Shown in pieces: positions 38,732 through 47,032 of a DNA stretch of 61,205 nt (the first letter of the stretch is position 1; the number at the start of each line of letters is the position of its first letter). This stretch comes from an uncultured Lachnospiraceae bacterium (GTDB taxonomy: Bacteria; Bacillota; Clostridia; Lachnospirales; Lachnospiraceae). A model generated the notes under the pieces. It worked only from the letters and a program-made list of their open reading frames with translations. It ran no database searches and was not told the origin of the DNA. The translations under genes were made by a program, and so were the position numbers. The DNA lies in assembly GCA_947628045.1 (NCBI GenBank), contig CANQYP010000001.1, positions 1 to 61,205 of the forward strand, given 5' to 3'.

Positions 38732-39931
38732 ATGAGACCAGGGACTGTAAAACGACTTTTTCTCGCTGTACTGTTTCTGCTGCTGACGCCCGGAATCGCC
38801 GGAAAGCTGGAGGCAAGCGCGGAGGGCTGGAAATTCGGAGATCAGCTGACCGGGAGGGACAAAGAGGTCTACGAGCTTTTTGAGAACAATTACTCCGCGA
38901 TCGTGAACTGCAGCGAGGTATATGGAATCACCCTGCCGCTGGCAAGTCCGATGACGGAGACAGAGGCGCGTTCATTTACCGGGTTTCGCGCGCAGCAGGC
39001 GTTCCTGCTGGATCACAGCGAGTTGTTCTGGATCAATTTCCTGTCGCCGGGTATGAGCATGGAGTGGAATAACGAGAGCGGCGCCTACCTCACATCGAAG
39101 GTGACGTTTTTTTCGCTGAACCGTTACGCGGGCATTCGGGACGAGATCCCGGAGGCGCAGGCAGAGCTCGCCAAGGCAGTCGCCGCGGTCGCGCGCTGCA
39201 GCGGGCGGTATGAGAAGGTGAAAGCCGCGCACGACTATGTGATCCGCCTGACGACCTACCCGCGCGACCTCATGCCGGAGCCTTATCACGCGGTGACCGG
39301 TCCGCTGCTGGGCAAGTACGGACACAACGGAGTCTGTGAGGCATATGCCTGGCTGTTTGACATTCTCTGCAAGGCAAACGGGATTCCGTGCGTGATCCTG
39401 GAGGGCGGCAACCACGCGTGGAACTATGTGCAGATGGAGGACGGCAAGTGGTATCTGGTAGACACGACCTGGGACGACTGGGATGAGATAAGCTACGACT
39501 ATTTTCTCGTAGGCATGAATTCGTCCATAAGAGGGAAAAAGGTGAAAAAGACGCACAACCCGGCGACGACGGCGGATCTTTACGCGCTGAACAGCGCCGA
39601 GCCGCTTGCCTACCCGACGCTCTCGAAACAGGCGTATCCGCGGAAACCCGCTCAGATGTCTAAGACAAAAAAGCTGACCTCCGTCAAAATTAGCGGCGCG
39701 GCTAAGCAGGTGAAGGCTGGGAAAAAGCTGAAACTGAAGGCGACGGTTCTCCCGGGAGACGCCGCGAACAAGAAACTCAAATGGTCGTCGAGCAATACGC
39801 GCTATGCCACAGTGACGCAAAAAGGCGTCGTGAAGACCAAAAAGGCAGGAAAAGGCAAGACAGTCAAGATCACCGCGAAGGCGACGGACGGCAGCGGAAA
39901 GAAAGCGACGGTCAAGATAAAGATCAAATAG
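38732..39931 (+). CDS. Secreted transglutaminase-like domain protein with C-terminal Big_2 domain
   Basis: HDYVI, GVCEAYA, HAWNYVQ, YLVDTTWDD (C-H-D triad); WSSSNTRYATVTQKGVV...ATDGSG. Confidence 0.85.
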   Translation: MRPGTVKRLFLAVLFLLLTPGIAGKLEASAEGWKFGDQLTGRDKEVYELFENNYSAIVNCSEVYGITLPLASPMTETEARSFTGFRAQQAFLLDHSELFWINFLSPGMSMEWNNESGAYLTSKVTFFSLNRYAGIRDEIPEAQAELAKAVAAVARCSGRYEKVKAAHDYVIRLTTYPRDLMPEPYHAVTGPLLGKYGHNGVCEAYAWLFDILCKANGIPCVILEGGNHAWNYVQMEDGKWYLVDTTWDDWDEISYDYFLVGMNSSIRGKKVKKTHNPATTADLYALNSAEPLAYPTLSKQAYPRKPAQMSKTKKLTSVKISGAAKQVKAGKKLKLKATVLPGDAANKKLKWSSSNTRYATVTQKGVVKTKKAGKGKTVKITAKATDGSGKKATVKIKIK

Positions 39932-39936
39932 GAAAC

Positions 39937-40292
39937 TTTCCTGCGGTACGTGGAGTGCAGCAGCGGAGCTGGGATCGCGGAGGGCTGCGATGGGAAACTT
40001 AAACATCTGCATGAGAAGGTGGAGCGTATCAAGGCGAACAGCCAGATGGAGGTGTCATACGTGAGGACGAGGGAATGGGAGCGACTGATACGGGAAGAGG
40101 GAAAAACGCGAAAATTGCTTGAAATGATCAGCAAGAAACTTCGCAAGGGCGATTCACAGGAGAAGATCGCGGATGACCTGTGCGAGGAGCTGGCAGTGGT
40201 GCAGCGATTCAGTGAGGCGCTGCAAAACTCACCGGAGCAGGATCTGGACATAGCGCTTGAATATCTGGAGAACGCTGGGGAATAGAAGAAAA
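39937..40292 (+). repeat. Copy 1 of a 356-bp direct repeat (3' end of the Rpn gene)
   Basis: Matches 41153-41508 (offset 1216) with about 9 substitutions and no indels. Confidence 0.95.
40061..40285 (+). CDS. Putative stand-alone small Rpn C-terminal protein (74 aa, RpnS-like)
   Basis: GGAGGTG SD (40048-54) 6 nt before GTG; open to the same stop; differences from copy 2 mostly synonymous. Confidence 0.55.
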   Translation: MRTREWERLIREEGKTRKLLEMISKKLRKGDSQEKIADDLCEELAVVQRFSEALQNSPEQDLDIALEYLENAGE

Positions 40293-40317
40293 ATTCGTTC
40301 GGTCAGATGCAAAGGCT

Positions 40318-40353
40318 CAGCCGGTCTGGTTTTGATTCCAGACTGGCTGTTTT
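40318..40353 (+). terminator. Putative rho-independent terminator
   Basis: cagccggtctgg...ccagactggctg followed by tttt. Confidence 0.7.
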
Positions 40354-40411
40354 GCCGCCTTAATATCTCAAAGAATGGATAACGATACTGATGCTAAATA
40401 TATATAATTTG

Positions 40412-40439
40412 TTGACAAAATAAAATTTAAGAGTATAAT
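40412..40439 (+). promoter_or_regulatory. Consensus sigmaA promoter upstream of the Rpn gene
   Basis: TTGACA-16-TATAAT in AT-rich context; second candidate TTGAAA-17-TATAAT at 40549-40577. Confidence 0.65.
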
Positions 40440-40592
40440 GAAATCAACATGTGCTAATTGATAAATGAGTTCTATTCATGTCGACGGTGATTCAGCCGAC
40501 TTACCCAAAAGATAAGACCGGGAGCGTTAGATTTCTTTCGGAAGTTGATTGAAAAAAATGCATTGGAAGACTATAATGAAGGAGGATAACTG

Positions 40593-41501
40593 ATGACTCA
40601 AACGCAAAAACTGAATAAGCAGATGCAGAAGAAGACTGTGCCGGGGAAAACGTTGCAGGAACTGAACCTGATCGACGATTTTCTTTTTGACGTGGCGACC
40701 GAGGACCTCGAGGTCTGCAAGATCATTATCGAGCTGTCCCTGAATATGAGCTTGCAGAGCATACGCTGGAGGGAGGGGCAGAAGGTCGTGCACAACCTGC
40801 CGGGACGCAGGGGGATCCGTATGGATTTCTGCGCGGAGGACACGGACGGGAACTATTTCGACGTCGAGATGCAGAAACGCAATGTCGGCAACATTCCCAA
40901 GCGTACACGCTACTATCAGGCGCTGGTGGACGCGCCGATGCTGAAGAGCGGCGAGGAGGGGTTCGACAACCTGCGACCAGTGTACATCGTCGTGATCTGT
41001 GGTTTCGACCTGTATGGGTACGGAAAGTACCGTTATTCCTTTGGCAGCTACTGTGAGGAGATTCCCGGGCTTGTCATGGGAGATGAGTGCAGGAAGATAT
41101 TCCTGAACACGAAAGGGAAGAACGCTGACGAGGTAGAGAGACCTCTGGTTGATTTCCTGCGGTACGTGGAGTGCAGCAGCGGCGCTGGGATCGCGGAGGG
41201 CTGCGATAGGAAACTTAAACATCTGCATGAGAAGGTGGAGCGTATCAAGGCGAACAGCCAGATGGAGGTGTCATACGTGAGGACGCGGGAATGGGAGCGA
41301 CTGATACGGGAAGAGGGAAAAACGCGAAAATTGCTTGAACAGATCAGCAAGAAACTTCGCAAGGGCGATTCGCAGGAGAAGATCGCGGACGACCTGTGCG
41401 AGGAGCTGGCAGTGGTGCAGCGATTCAGTGAGGCGCTGCAAAACTCGCCGGAGCAGGATCTGGATATAGCGCTTGAATATCTGGAGAACGCTGGGGAATA
41501 G
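40593..41501 (+). CDS. Rpn family / PD-(D/E)XK nuclease-like putative transposase
   Basis: LIDDFLF, GIRMDFCAEDTDGNYFDVEMQK, KRTRYYQA, VYIVVICGFD, IFLNTKG. Confidence 0.88.
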   Translation: MTQTQKLNKQMQKKTVPGKTLQELNLIDDFLFDVATEDLEVCKIIIELSLNMSLQSIRWREGQKVVHNLPGRRGIRMDFCAEDTDGNYFDVEMQKRNVGNIPKRTRYYQALVDAPMLKSGEEGFDNLRPVYIVVICGFDLYGYGKYRYSFGSYCEEIPGLVMGDECRKIFLNTKGKNADEVERPLVDFLRYVECSSGAGIAEGCDRKLKHLHEKVERIKANSQMEVSYVRTREWERLIREEGKTRKLLEQISKKLRKGDSQEKIADDLCEELAVVQRFSEALQNSPEQDLDIALEYLENAGE

Positions 41502-41508
41502 AAGAAAA
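41153..41508 (+). repeat. Copy 2 of the 356-bp direct repeat
   Basis: See 39937-40292. Confidence 0.95.
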
Positions 41509-41522
41509 TTCAGTTGGAACGC

Positions 41523-42389
41523 CTACTGAAAATATTTCTTCCGCACTTCCTCGACCGGCATATCCTGCCCGGTCCAGATGCGGAAGGCGGCGGCGCCCTG
41601 GTAGAGCAGCATGTACAGCCCGTTCAGGGTACGGCAGCCCTGTGCCGCGGCATCGCGCAGCAGCCGTGTCTGGCGGGGGTTGTAGATGATGTCTGAGACG
41701 AGCAGGTCGGGATGCAGCCAGGTGGAGTCAGCGATCGGCGTCGTGTCCTCGTTCGGAGACATTCCGACGGAGGTGGCGTTCGTGAGCAGACGGCTCTTCG
41801 CAAGGCAGTCCTGTACCGCGGCGTTGTCGGCAAGATCCGTCACGTCGGCACGGCAGTTCGTGTTGCGGGTGATCGTTTCGGCAAGGCAGAGCGCTTTCTC
41901 CCAGGAACGCCCGTGGCGGTTCACGATATGCAGGGCGGGGATGCCGTCGAGCGCGGCGTGCACCGCGATCGATGCGGCGGCGCCTCCCGCGCCGAGCAGC
42001 GTCATCTCGCTGATCGACGGATCGCAGCCCGCCTCGCATACAGAGCGCATATAGCCGACGCCGTCCGTATTGTAGCCGATGAGTCTGCCGTTTTCATTTT
42101 TGACCGTGTTGACCGCGCCGATCATCTGCGCGGCGGGATCGATCTCGTCGAGGAAGGGCAGAATCCGCTCCTTGTCCGGCATTGTGAGGTTGAACCCGAA
42201 TACGTCCATCTGGCGCAGGGACTGGACGAGGGCGCCCAGATCCGCGTTTTTGGTATCGAAACACAGATAAACGCGATCGATGCCGAGCAGGCGGAACGAT
42301 TCGTTGTACATCATCGGGGATAAGCTGTGTGTGACCGGCGTCCCGAGCAGGCAGCCGAGACGCGTGCGGCCGGTGATCTCATAGGTCAT
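41523..42389 (-). CDS. aroE: Shikimate dehydrogenase
   Basis: GTPVTHSLSP, FNLTMPDK, GAVNT, GYNTDG, GAGGAA, NATSVGM, DIIYNP. Confidence 0.93.
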   Translation of the reverse strand: MTYEITGRTRLGCLLGTPVTHSLSPMMYNESFRLLGIDRVYLCFDTKNADLGALVQSLRQMDVFGFNLTMPDKERILPFLDEIDPAAQMIGAVNTVKNENGRLIGYNTDGVGYMRSVCEAGCDPSISEMTLLGAGGAAASIAVHAALDGIPALHIVNRHGRSWEKALCLAETITRNTNCRADVTDLADNAAVQDCLAKSRLLTNATSVGMSPNEDTTPIADSTWLHPDLLVSDIIYNPRQTRLLRDAAAQGCRTLNGLYMLLYQGAAAFRIWTGQDMPVEEVRKKYFQ

Positions 42390-42576
42390 TTCTATCGGTA
42401 GGAGGGCGTTCGTCCTCGGATCCTTTCTCCCGGTTTCGGGGGTCTTTTTCCATCGCATCCGATGGTCGCTTACGCCAGATTAGTATACCATGCGCACACC
42501 TTTTTTTCAACAATCCGGAAAAGGATTTCCTTTTTGCATACGGTTATGGTAAGATAAAAAGAAAAGGAGAATGCTT

Positions 42577-43347
42577 ATGTATGCGACGAGATGGACCGAA
42601 GAGGGGCAGCTTAGGATCCGCAGCCTGGTATTGGGCACCGGGACGCCGAAGATCTGCGTCCCGGTGATGGCGGCGAGCCCGACGGGGCTGGAGCAGGAGA
42701 CGGAACGGATCCTTGCAGGTCCTTGTGATCTGGTGGAATGGCGTGCCGACGTTTACGGGAGGAAGGAAGGCGACTGGGTGGAAGAGTGCCTTGCGTATCT
42801 GCGCGATCGCATGGGTGAGCGCCCGCTCCTTTTTACCTTCCGCACGGAGGAGGAAGGCGGGCTGGGGAAGATCGGGATGGAGGAGTACGAGTCCCTGAAT
42901 GAGCGCGCGGTGAAATGCGGACATGCGGATCTTGTCGATCTTGAGCTGAACCGCGGCGAAGAGCGCCTGCGCCGCATGGTGAAACGAATCCATGCGCTGG
43001 GCGGGTATGTTGTGGGATCCTTCCATGATTTCCATCAGACGCCGGGCGCGCAGGAGATCGCCGATATCCTCAGAAAGATGCAGGAACTGGGCGCGGACGT
43101 GACGAAGGCGGCGGTCATGCCGTGGTCGGAGGAGGACGTGATGGCGCTTTTAGACGCCTCGCTCCGGATGAAGAAACAGTACGCCGATCGCCCGTATATC
43201 ACGATGGCGATGGGACGCATGGGCGCGGTCAGCCGACTGTGCGGCGCCCTGACCGGCTCTGCGGTCACGTTTGCGATGGCTGGGAAGGAGTCCGCGCCCG
43301 GTCAAATTGACGCGGAGCTGGTTGCGCAGGTTCTTCAGGTGCTGTAG
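42577..43347 (+). CDS. aroD: Type I 3-dehydroquinate dehydratase
   Basis: PKICVP, VEWRAD, FTFRTEEEGG, SFHDF..TP, SAPGQI; alternative ATG 42571. Confidence 0.93.
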   Translation: MYATRWTEEGQLRIRSLVLGTGTPKICVPVMAASPTGLEQETERILAGPCDLVEWRADVYGRKEGDWVEECLAYLRDRMGERPLLFTFRTEEEGGLGKIGMEEYESLNERAVKCGHADLVDLELNRGEERLRRMVKRIHALGGYVVGSFHDFHQTPGAQEIADILRKMQELGADVTKAAVMPWSEEDVMALLDASLRMKKQYADRPYITMAMGRMGAVSRLCGALTGSAVTFAMAGKESAPGQIDAELVAQVLQVL

Positions 43348-43424
43348 CGCCGGGAGCCGCACGCGGATCTCTTTCTCATGGGTAAGGACTAGTCTCATTC
43401 AAGTGTCATAGCGCCGGGAGCCGC
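43345..43424. repeat. 16-bp exact direct repeat
   Basis: tagcgccgggagccgc at 43345 and 43409. Confidence 0.8.
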
Positions 43425-43488
43425 CGGTCGGCACATTCGGATTTCCTGTCGTATCCTGTCTACAAAAACAGCAGAAATGCTGCCTGTA

Positions 43489-43522
43489 TTTGACAAATTT
43501 CACACCCCCTGTGGAGTATACT
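43489..43522 (+). promoter_or_regulatory. spoIIG-type promoter with over-long spacer
   Basis: TTGACA 43490-95 and TATACT 43517-22 (21-bp spacer); TTTGACA is a near 0A box on the reverse strand. Confidence 0.6.
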
Positions 43523-43552
43523 GACTTCAGTTGCATCCGCAGGGGGTGTTTT

Positions 43553-44329
43553 GTGTATTATGAATTTTACATAGATCAGTTTTTTCTGGAACATCTTCTC
43601 ACGGGATTTCTGCTGATCGCTGTGACGGTTTCGCTGCGGCGGCAGAACGTATCCTGGAAACGCATGCTTGCCGGGAGCGCTGCGGGTGCGGCGGCGGTGA
43701 CGGCGTTCGTCTGCCTGGGTATGCCCGGCTGGTATTTCGCCGGCATGCTGCTTGCGGGCACGGTGGTATTCGCCGGGACGGGCAGGGAGGAATTTCTGGG
43801 AGGACTGTTTTTTTTATTGCTGGTAAGCGTCTGTTTCGGGGGCGTCCTGCAGGCGCTTGTGAATCTGTTCGGGTTCCCGCTTTTGCTGGGCAGCGCGGCG
43901 GCGGCAGCAGCGCTCTGGCTTGCCGGGCGCTGCCTCTCGCGGCGGAAGGCGCTGCGGGACAGCCTTGTGACGGTGCGTCTGCAGTGGGAAGAGCGGACGG
44001 AGACGCTGCGCGGGCTGATCGACACGGGCAATCGGCTGGAGGAACCCCTGACGGGCAGACCGGTCAGCATCGTCGACGCGAGCCCCGCGCGCCGTCTGCT
44101 CGGCGAGGCTTGGGAGGAGCGGCGCGGATTCTATCTGATCCCGTACCACAGCGTCGGGACGGAGAAGGGCTGGATGCGCGGGGTGACGATCGACAGCATG
44201 ACCGTGGAGCTGCCGCAGCGCACGGAGGTCGTCCGGCGCCCGGTGCTGGCGATCTACGAAGGAGAACTGAGCGCCGGGGCGCGGTTCCAGATGGTCCTGC
44301 ATCCGCTGCACATACAGGCGGGAAAATAA
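43553..44329 (+). CDS. spoIIGA: Pro-sigmaE processing peptidase SpoIIGA
   Basis: YEFYID, 5 TM helices, [23 protein letters not shown]; precedes sigE. Confidence 0.9.
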   Translation: MYYEFYIDQFFLEHLLTGFLLIAVTVSLRRQNVSWKRMLAGSAAGAAAVTAFVCLGMPGWYFAGMLLAGTVVFAGTGREEFLGGLFFLLLVSVCFGGVLQALVNLFGFPLLLGSAAAAAALWLAGRCLSRRKALRDSLVTVRLQWEERTETLRGLIDTGNRLEEPLTGRPVSIVDASPARRLLGEAWEERRGFYLIPYHSVGTEKGWMRGVTIDSMTVELPQRTEVVRRPVLAIYEGELSAGARFQMVLHPLHIQAGK

Positions 44330-44349
44330 GAGAGAAGAGGAGAGGAAAG

Positions 44350-45090
44350 ATGATTGTAAAGATTGCGATGCCTCAGCGGTTTCAGTTCAGAATGGCGGCG
44401 GGATTTGGGGACGTCCTGTTCCGCAAGACCAGCGATACACATTACATCGGGGGAACCGAGGTGCTCCCGGCTCCGCTGGAGCCGGAGCAGGAGAAGGCGC
44501 TGCTGGGGATGTTCGGCAAGGAGGGGGACGCGAAGGCGAGGAGCCAGCTGATCGAGCACAACCTCCGCCTGGTCGTGTACATAGCCAAAAAGTTCGACAA
44601 TACGGGCGTCGGCGTCGAGGATCTGATCTCGATCGGGACGATCGGTCTGATCAAGGCGATCAACACGTTCAACCCGGACAAGAAGATCAAGCTTGCGACC
44701 TACGCGTCGCGCTGCATCGAGAATGAGATCCTGATGTATCTGCGCCGCAACAGCAAAAATAAGATGGAGGTCTCGATCGACGAGCCGCTGAATGTAGACT
44801 GGGACGGGAATGAGTTGCTGCTCTCCGACATTCTCGGCACAGACGACGACGTCATCTCCCGCGACATGGAGACGGAGGCGGAGCACAACCTGCTGCTCGA
44901 CGCGATCGCCAAGCTCTCCAAGCGGGAGCAGACGATCATCCACCTGCGGTTCGGCATCAACACACAGGACGGCGAGGAGAAGACGCAGAAGGAGGTCGCT
45001 GACCTGCTGGGCATCTCCCAGTCCTACATTTCCCGGCTGGAAAAACGCATCATCAAGCGGCTGCGCAGGGAGATCGTGCGCTTTGAGTGA
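44350..45090 (+). CDS. sigE: RNA polymerase sporulation sigma factor E
   Basis: Pro-sequence, [47 protein letters not shown]. Confidence 0.96.
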   Translation: MIVKIAMPQRFQFRMAAGFGDVLFRKTSDTHYIGGTEVLPAPLEPEQEKALLGMFGKEGDAKARSQLIEHNLRLVVYIAKKFDNTGVGVEDLISIGTIGLIKAINTFNPDKKIKLATYASRCIENEILMYLRRNSKNKMEVSIDEPLNVDWDGNELLLSDILGTDDDVISRDMETEAEHNLLLDAIAKLSKREQTIIHLRFGINTQDGEEKTQKEVADLLGISQSYISRLEKRIIKRLRREIVRFE

Positions 45091-45222
45091 CTCCGGTGCG
45101 GGATACGCGCCGTGTTTCCTTTGTCAAGGTCTAAAAGTTTATAAAATTTCTGCCGCGGACGAATAGCCGAGATGCAAAATGTGAATCATTTTACCAGAGA
45201 ATACTTTCAGGAGGATGATCAC

Positions 45223-46002
45223 ATGGCACTGAACAAGGTAGAGATCTGCGGCGTCAACACCGCGAAACTTCCGACGCTGACCGGGGAGGAGAAGGAGTTC
45301 CTGTTTGAACGCATCAAGGCGGGCGACGAGAACGCGCGGGAGCTGTACATCAAGGGGAACCTGCGGTTGGTTCTGAGTGTGATCAAACGCTTTTCGAGCA
45401 GCAGCGAGAACGTGGACGACCTGTTTCAGATCGGCTGTATCGGGCTGATGAAGGCGATCGACAATTTCAACACAGAGCTGGATGTGAAGTTCAGCACCTA
45501 CGCGGTGCCGATGATCATCGGGGAGATCCGGCGCTACCTGCGCGACAACAACGCGATCCGCGTCAGCCGTTCGCTGCGGGACACGGCGTACAAGGCGATC
45601 TACGCGAAAGAGAGCTACACGAAAAAATATTTGCGGGAGCCGACGATCAATGAGATCGCGGAGGAGATCGGCGTGCCGAAGGAAGAGATCGTCTACGCGA
45701 TGGATGCGATTCAGAGCCCGGTCAGCCTTTACGACCCGGTATATACGGAAGGAGGAGACGCCCTGTACGTCATGGACCAGATCAGCGACAAGAAAAACAA
45801 GGAAGAGAACTGGGTTGAGGTCATTTCCCTGAAGGAGGCGATGAAACGCCTGGACGAGCGGGAGAAACATATCATTGAGCTGCGTTTCTACGAGGGGAAG
45901 ACGCAGATGGAGGTCGCGTCGGAGATCGGAATCTCCCAGGCGCAGGTGAGCAGGCTGGAAAAGAACGCGCTCAAGAACATGCGGAACTACCTGCGCGCCT
46001 AA
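45223..46002 (+). CDS. sigG: RNA polymerase sporulation sigma factor G
   Basis: NKVEICGVNTAKLP, DDLFQIGCIGL, STYAVPMIIGEIRRYLRD, SQAQVSRLEK. Confidence 0.96.
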   Translation: MALNKVEICGVNTAKLPTLTGEEKEFLFERIKAGDENARELYIKGNLRLVLSVIKRFSSSSENVDDLFQIGCIGLMKAIDNFNTELDVKFSTYAVPMIIGEIRRYLRDNNAIRVSRSLRDTAYKAIYAKESYTKKYLREPTINEIAEEIGVPKEEIVYAMDAIQSPVSLYDPVYTEGGDALYVMDQISDKKNKEENWVEVISLKEAMKRLDEREKHIIELRFYEGKTQMEVASEIGISQAQVSRLEKNALKNMRNYLRA

Positions 46003-46256
46003 CTGCACTTTTTCCGCGTCTCCTCTTCGTTGACTTCCACCAGGATGATGTCGGCGCCGATCTGGACAATGCATTTCCACGGAATGACGTACTCGTACTC
46101 TCTGCCGAGGAACCAGCAGAGCTTTCCGGGACCGGGGACGATCAGGGCGAGAATGAGCCCGGTCTTGCAGTCGATATCGAGGTCGCTGATGCAGCCGAGC
46201 GAGCGGCAGGTGCAGATATTGATCACTTCTTTTTGTTTCAGATCATAGAATCGCAT
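45999..46256 (-). CDS. YlmC/YmxH family PRC-barrel sporulation protein
   Basis: LKQKEVINI...LG.ISDLDID..TG...IPW..I..IG.DIILV. Confidence 0.9.
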   Translation of the reverse strand: MRFYDLKQKEVINICTCRSLGCISDLDIDCKTGLILALIVPGPGKLCWFLGREYEYVIPWKCIVQIGADIILVEVNEEETRKKCS

Positions 46257-46303
46257 GGACATTCCCTCAACACGAAACAGCTGTTTTATTGTATGATTCG
46301 TGA

Positions 46304-46332
46304 TTGACAGTCGTTCCGATATCCTTTATACT
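46304..46332 (+). promoter_or_regulatory. sigmaA promoter of nrdR, overlapping a divergent sporulation-type promoter (-10 CATACAAT, minus strand 46288-95)
   Basis: TTGACA-17-TATACT. Confidence 0.65.
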
Positions 46333-46368
46333 TTAGGAAAAAGTAAGGGAGCCGGGGAGGAAAGCAGT

Positions 46369-46818
46369 ATGAAATGTCCGTTTTGCAACCAGGAGAATAC
46401 GCGTGTCGTTGATTCAAGACCGGCGGACGAGAACAGCGCGATCAGGAGAAGGCGCATGTGCGACGCGTGCGGGAAACGGTTCACGACCTACGAGAAGGTA
46501 GACACGATCCCGCTCGTCGTGATCAAGAAGGATCAGACCAGGGAGCAGTACGACCGCAGGAAGATCGAGGCGGGTGTGATGCGCGCCTGTTACAAGCGTC
46601 CGATCCCGATCCAGAAGATCAAGGAGATGATCGACGCCGCGGAGATGGAGATCTTCAACCTCGAGGAGAAGGAGATCGAGAGCAAGGCGATCGGCGAGAT
46701 CGTCATGGACAAGCTCAAGGACCTGGAGGCGGTCGCGTACGTGCGTTTTGCCTCTGTGTACCGCGAGTTCAAGGATGTCAACACCTTCATGGACGAGCTG
46801 AAGAAGATACTGGAATAA
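46369..46818 (+). CDS. nrdR: Transcriptional repressor NrdR
   Basis: MKCPFC, IRRRRMC..C..RFTTYE, ATP cone, AYVRFASVYR. Confidence 0.97.
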   Translation: MKCPFCNQENTRVVDSRPADENSAIRRRRMCDACGKRFTTYEKVDTIPLVVIKKDQTREQYDRRKIEAGVMRACYKRPIPIQKIKEMIDAAEMEIFNLEEKEIESKAIGEIVMDKLKDLEAVAYVRFASVYREFKDVNTFMDELKKILE

Positions 46819-46828
46819 GGATCACAGG

Positions 46829-46857
46829 AAAAGGCGGGCGAAGAGCCTGCTTTTTTA
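46829..46857 (+). terminator. Putative terminator after nrdR
   Basis: ggcgggc-gaaga-gcctgct followed by T run. Confidence 0.65.
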
Positions 46858-47032
46858 TGCGCAGACCCGCGAGAGAAAAAATTTGCTGCTGTCGCGGTGC
46901 GCGGGTCACGCAGCGAGTAGGGAAAATCCACCCTGCTTGATTTAAGATTTTGCAAAAATCGGCAGAACGCTTGCGGAGAATGGTTCGGAAGTGATATACT
47001 GAAAACGGTATTTCTGTGACAGGAGAAAAGCA

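Noticed and set aside
39937-41508. Diversity-generating retroelement TR/VR pair
   Set aside because: Only about 5 of 9 differences are at adenines of one copy, most changes are synonymous, and no reverse transcriptase is present.
39937-41508. Classical IS element or composite transposon
   Set aside because: No terminal inverted repeats, DDE/HUH transposase or short target duplication; the repeat is part of the gene itself.
43984-44349. N-terminally extended SigE (368 aa), and similar extensions of PurF, PurC, IscS and NrdR in the ORF track
   Set aside because: Upstream starts overlap neighbouring genes or promoters; SD-supported downstream starts give canonical lengths.
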